Positions 62,339 to 64,000 of a DNA stretch of 64,000 nt are shown here, piece by piece; position 1 is the first letter of the stretch, and the number at the start of each line of letters is the position of its first letter. The DNA comes from an uncultured Acidobacteriaceae bacterium (GTDB lineage Bacteria > Acidobacteriota > Terriglobia > Terriglobales > Acidobacteriaceae): NCBI GenBank assembly GCA_963768645.1, contig CAVYIR010000011.1, positions 87,980-151,979 on the forward strand. The letters run 5' to 3'. Under the pieces are notes generated by a model. It worked only from the letters and a program-made list of their open reading frames with translations. It was not told the DNA's origin and ran no database searches. The translations under genes were made by a program, and so were the position numbers.

Positions 62339-64000
62339 ATGTTTCACAAGCGCCAAGGGGTGCGCTCCGAAAAGCAGCCGCTTCTGTCTGTTAGGGACAC
62401 AGCCGGAACCGCCAAAAGCAGTGTGTCTGCCCATCGAACGTTGACTACGCTGGCTTTTGCCGCAGTTATGTCGTCTATCACAGTCTTAGCTCCCTCCAAC
62501 TCGGCCGTCGGCCAGTCGATATCAAAGGCGGAAGTGAGCAAGACCACGACCGCCTCCGCGCCTGATCAAGCTACGTTTAAAGTGACGATTGCGGGTAAGG
62601 ACTTCGGCAGCGATAAGAGCAAAATCACGGTCACGGTTTCACCACAAGGGACCTTGGGAGGTCCGCCGACGACGGTAGATGATGTGACTAAAGACGGAAT
62701 GACTGTTAACGCGAGTTTCAATGCGCCCAGCACATACGATCTATGCACGGTGACGGTAACCGTTGGCGGCCATTCCAGCGATCCGTACTTGTTGACAAGC
62801 CAGGCAGACGAAATATCGAAATCAACCGCGAAAGCATGCCTACCGTCCATATCAAAGGCGGAAGTGAGCAAGACCACGACCACCTCCAAGCCTGATCAAG
62901 CTACGTTCAAAGTGACGATTACGGGTAAGAACTTCGGCAGCGATAAGAGCAAAATCACGGTCGTGGTTTCACCGCAAGAGACCTTGAAAGGTTCGCCGAC
63001 CGTAGATGACGTAAAAAACGGAACGACTGTGAACGCGACCTTCCCTGCGCCCAGCACCTACGATCTGAGCACGGTGACGGTAAGCGTTGGCGGCAATTCC
63101 AGCGATCCGTACGTGTTGACAAGAGCGTCGCCAAGCCAGGCAAGTGGAAAGCCGAATCAAAAGAAATTTATCAAGGTTTATCGGTCGCTTCTCGACCCGA
63201 AGGTCGTCTCAGATATTTTCGGGCGACGGATTGCACAGCGCTTTGTCGTTCTTCAAGTGACGATCGCTAATAAGAATGACGACTATCAGTACTTGATACA
63301 CGATCTAACCCTGGATTTGCAGGCTATCATGCCCCCCCCTCCCAAGGGAGGGAAGACATACGAAGCCTCTTCCGCCGATCTCTCGCTCCTGCGGGGCGTC
63401 GCGGAAAAGGGGCAGTCGATGGATGGGCGCAATATGACTCTCCGCATATTGCGAGGCGCCGGATCGGTGGCGGCTGGACTGCTGGGCGTGACCACTTTTG
63501 GCAGCAGTTACGCCCCTGCGGTTGCAGTTTTCAATGGCCCGGCAATAGGGGCTTTCGCCGACATTTTTCCAGACTACACCATAGGTCAGATGAACCGCCT
63601 TAGTGACAGTGCATATAGCACAAACGCCATCGTCCCAAAACAGCAATCTAAAGTAGTGGCCATCTTCCTGCCCCAAGCTATATTTCTGAACCGCGAACAG
63701 CGGAAGGAGTTCTGGAACGACCCCACAACGTTATGGGCGGAGGAATGCCACAAATCGCCGACTTCGGAGACCGCTTTGGGGACGACTCCTCCGGCTTCAA
63801 AGACGGCCACGGATTCGGATTCTGCTGCTCCTCACTGCATGGATCTTCGATATCTCGAGGTTCTAATTGATGGGGATTTCATTTCTAATGTCCCGGATCA
63901 GGACCTTGCCCCCAAGACCCCTGCTACTTCCCCAATACCTGCGGGCACGCCAGCACCGTCGGGTACTACGGGTACGCCAGCACCATCGAGTACTGCGGGC
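62339..64000 (+). CDS. secreted repeat protein (two tandem Ig-like/IPT-type modules, unknown central domain, Pro/Thr-rich tail); 3' end beyond the window
   Basis: Not in the ORF track because it has no stop in the window. GGGAGGA ribosome-binding site, then ATG at 62339 and 554 codons open to base 64000. It has a signal-like segment (LAFAAVMSSITVLAPS) and two ~110-aa modules (ISKAEVSKTTT...ATFKVTI.GK.FGSDKSKITV.VSPQ...STYDL.TVTV.VGG.SSDPY.L). Confidence 0.7.
   Translation, partial: MFHKRQGVRSEKQPLLSVRDTAGTAKSSVSAHRTLTTLAFAAVMSSITVLAPSNSAVGQSISKAEVSKTTTASAPDQATFKVTIAGKDFGSDKSKITVTVSPQGTLGGPPTTVDDVTKDGMTVNASFNAPSTYDLCTVTVTVGGHSSDPYLLTSQADEISKSTAKACLPSISKAEVSKTTTTSKPDQATFKVTITGKNFGSDKSKITVVVSPQETLKGSPTVDDVKNGTTVNATFPAPSTYDLSTVTVSVGGNSSDPYVLTRASPSQASGKPNQKKFIKVYRSLLDPKVVSDIFGRRIAQRFVVLQVTIANKNDDYQYLIHDLTLDLQAIMPPPPKGGKTYEASSADLSLLRGVAEKGQSMDGRNMTLRILRGAGSVAAGLLGVTTFGSSYAPAVAVFNGPAIGAFADIFPDYTIGQMNRLSDSAYSTNAIVPKQQSKVVAIFLPQAIFLNREQRKEFWNDPTTLWAEECHKSPTSETALGTTPPASKTATDSDSAAPHCMDLRYLEVLIDGDFISNVPDQDLAPKTPATSPIPAGTPAPSGTTGTPAPSSTAG
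62519..63150. repeat. 330-bp in-frame tandem duplication inside the gene at 62339
   Basis: atatcaaaggcggaagtgagcaagaccacgacc... at 62519 recurs at 62849 (period 330 bp, 110 codons). There are only scattered substitutions over the first ~130 bp; divergence is greater later. Confidence 0.8.

Overview
This is a GC-rich bacterial chromosomal window. The gene content and the intergenic repeat types (CACGGAG-type inverted repeats, GC-rich palindromes) suggest an Acidobacteriota/Terriglobia-like genome, but that taxonomic call is inference only.

Housekeeping blocks:
- kdpF-kdpA-kdpB-kdpC on the plus strand (32.9-37.6 kb).
- An acyl-CoA synthetase / enoyl-CoA hydratase pair.
- A PAS-PAS hybrid histidine kinase.
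- A minus-strand arginine operon with overlapping start and stop codons, argR-argC-argB-argF-argG-argH-GNAT (42.4-48.9 kb).
- A GH32 fructosidase and a class-V aminotransferase.

The remainder is accessory and heavily decayed:
- Three IS elements. An IS5-family element (5374-6528, TTAG duplication) sits inside a dihaem cytochrome c gene. An IS21-family element (9890-12442) has a CCAGC duplication. An IS1595-like unit (59086-61236) carries a twice-frameshifted transposase and a passenger ORF.
- An orphan 3' half of tRNA-Glu(UUC) at 12794-12839.
- More than a dozen frameshifted, nonsense-interrupted or truncated genes. These include a ~3.2 kb patatin-like gene with at least nine frame switches, two cytochrome c genes, a CxxCH-bearing outer-membrane barrel, a cupredoxin, a TonB-dependent receptor and argG, plus stubs of leuC, an aldo-keto reductase, a porin and an MBL hydrolase.

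Best candidates for undescribed biology:
1. A single ORF fusing a TIR domain, five near-identical TPR units and a rhodanese domain (54316-55875).
2. A leaderless DUF4331-like protein translationally coupled to a TPR protein with a C-terminal HxHH tail, with a second orphan copy of that tail nearby (21340-25604).
3. A lipase, a non-canonical patatin and a catalase-related protein in one neighbourhood (24586-28840).
4. A dynamin-like GTPase coupled to a helical-repeat protein at the left edge (1-2859).

I saw no rRNA, no CRISPR array and no intact tRNA. All domain calls come from reading motifs in the translations by eye; no database search was run.
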